Assembly (NCBI RefSeq): GCF_045037415.1
Contig: NZ_CP173438.1
Length of the DNA stretch: 64,000 nucleotides
Direction: 5' to 3' (one strand)
Source: Escherichia coli
Lineage (GTDB): Bacteria > Pseudomonadota > Gammaproteobacteria > Enterobacterales > Enterobacteriaceae
The notes beneath the pieces were generated by a model. It saw only the letters and a program-made list of their open reading frames with translations, had not been told where the DNA came from and searched no databases. Shown here piece by piece: positions 63,550 to 64,000 of this stretch. Position 1 is the first letter of the stretch, and every line of letters starts with the position of its first letter. The translations under genes and the position numbers were made by a program.

Positions 63550-64000
63550 TTACTCGTCGGCAGCGTAGCCCTGCGGCGGCAGACGTTGACCATCCAGCCA
63601 CGCGGCGTTTTCGTGCATTTTCAGACGACCATCGGCAAACCAGCTAATCACCAGTGGATAAATAGCGTGTTCCTGGGTTTGCACGCGGGCGGTGATGTCA
63701 TCTTCCGTATCACCAGCAAATACCGGGACTTTCGCCTGTAAAATAACCGGGCCACCGTCCAGTTCATCGGTGACGAAATGCACCGATGTACCGTGCTCTT
63801 CATCGCCATTTTCCAGCGCCTGACGATGGGTGTGTAATCCGGGATATTTCGGCAGCAGAGAAGGGTGAATGTTCAGCAAACGCCCAGCATAGTGGGAGAC
63901 AAACGCCGGGCTGAGAATGCGCATAAAACCAGCCAGCACGACCACATCGGGTGCGTACATGTCGATTTCATGAATCAACTCCCGGTCATAGGCTTCACGA
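63550..64000 (-). CDS. purN: Phosphoribosylglycinamide formyltransferase, 3' portion (5' end beyond window)
   Basis: C-terminal PurN sequence ..LLNIHPSLLPKYPGLHTH..; ORF continues past the window end. Confidence 0.85.
   Translation of the reverse strand, partial: REAYDRELIHEIDMYAPDVVVLAGFMRILSPAFVSHYAGRLLNIHPSLLPKYPGLHTHRQALENGDEEHGTSVHFVTDELDGGPVILQAKVPVFAGDTEDDITARVQTQEHAIYPLVISWFADGRLKMHENAAWLDGQRLPPQGYAADE

Overview
Enterobacterial (E. coli-like) chromosomal segment. From left to right: a CS54-type adhesin island (3' part of an intimin-family sinH-like gene, a sinI-like gene and a 2693-aa repetitive RatA-like protein), then xseA (minus strand) and guaB-guaA, then a ~40-kb prophage inserted into the last codons of guaA (17-bp att core duplicated at 15455 and 55459), then yfgI-yfgH-yfgG, pdeF(yfgF), ppx-ppk and the 3' part of purN. 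The prophage is a mosaic: a lambdoid-style early region (integrase, AlpA-like regulator, RecT/exonuclease, tandem-HTH repressor without a peptidase domain, Cro-like regulator, O-like initiator with internal iteron-like repeats, lambda P-like helicase loader), a podovirus-type morphogenesis module (TerS/TerL, T7-type portal, scaffold, capsid, tail and internal virion proteins, tailspike with C-terminal chaperone domain), a lysis cassette at the far end, and several accessory insertions (Gp49-like gene plus tRNA-Arg(UCU); a divergent lipoprotein / unknown protein / antirepressor locus). Most notable: a 15-bp palindrome TTACC-N5-GGTAA recurs at least 12 times in prophage promoter regions, and a perfect LexA box sits in front of a small antirepressor-like gene, suggesting SOS induction through an antirepressor. 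All calls rest on reading the sequence and the supplied ORF translations; no database search was run.
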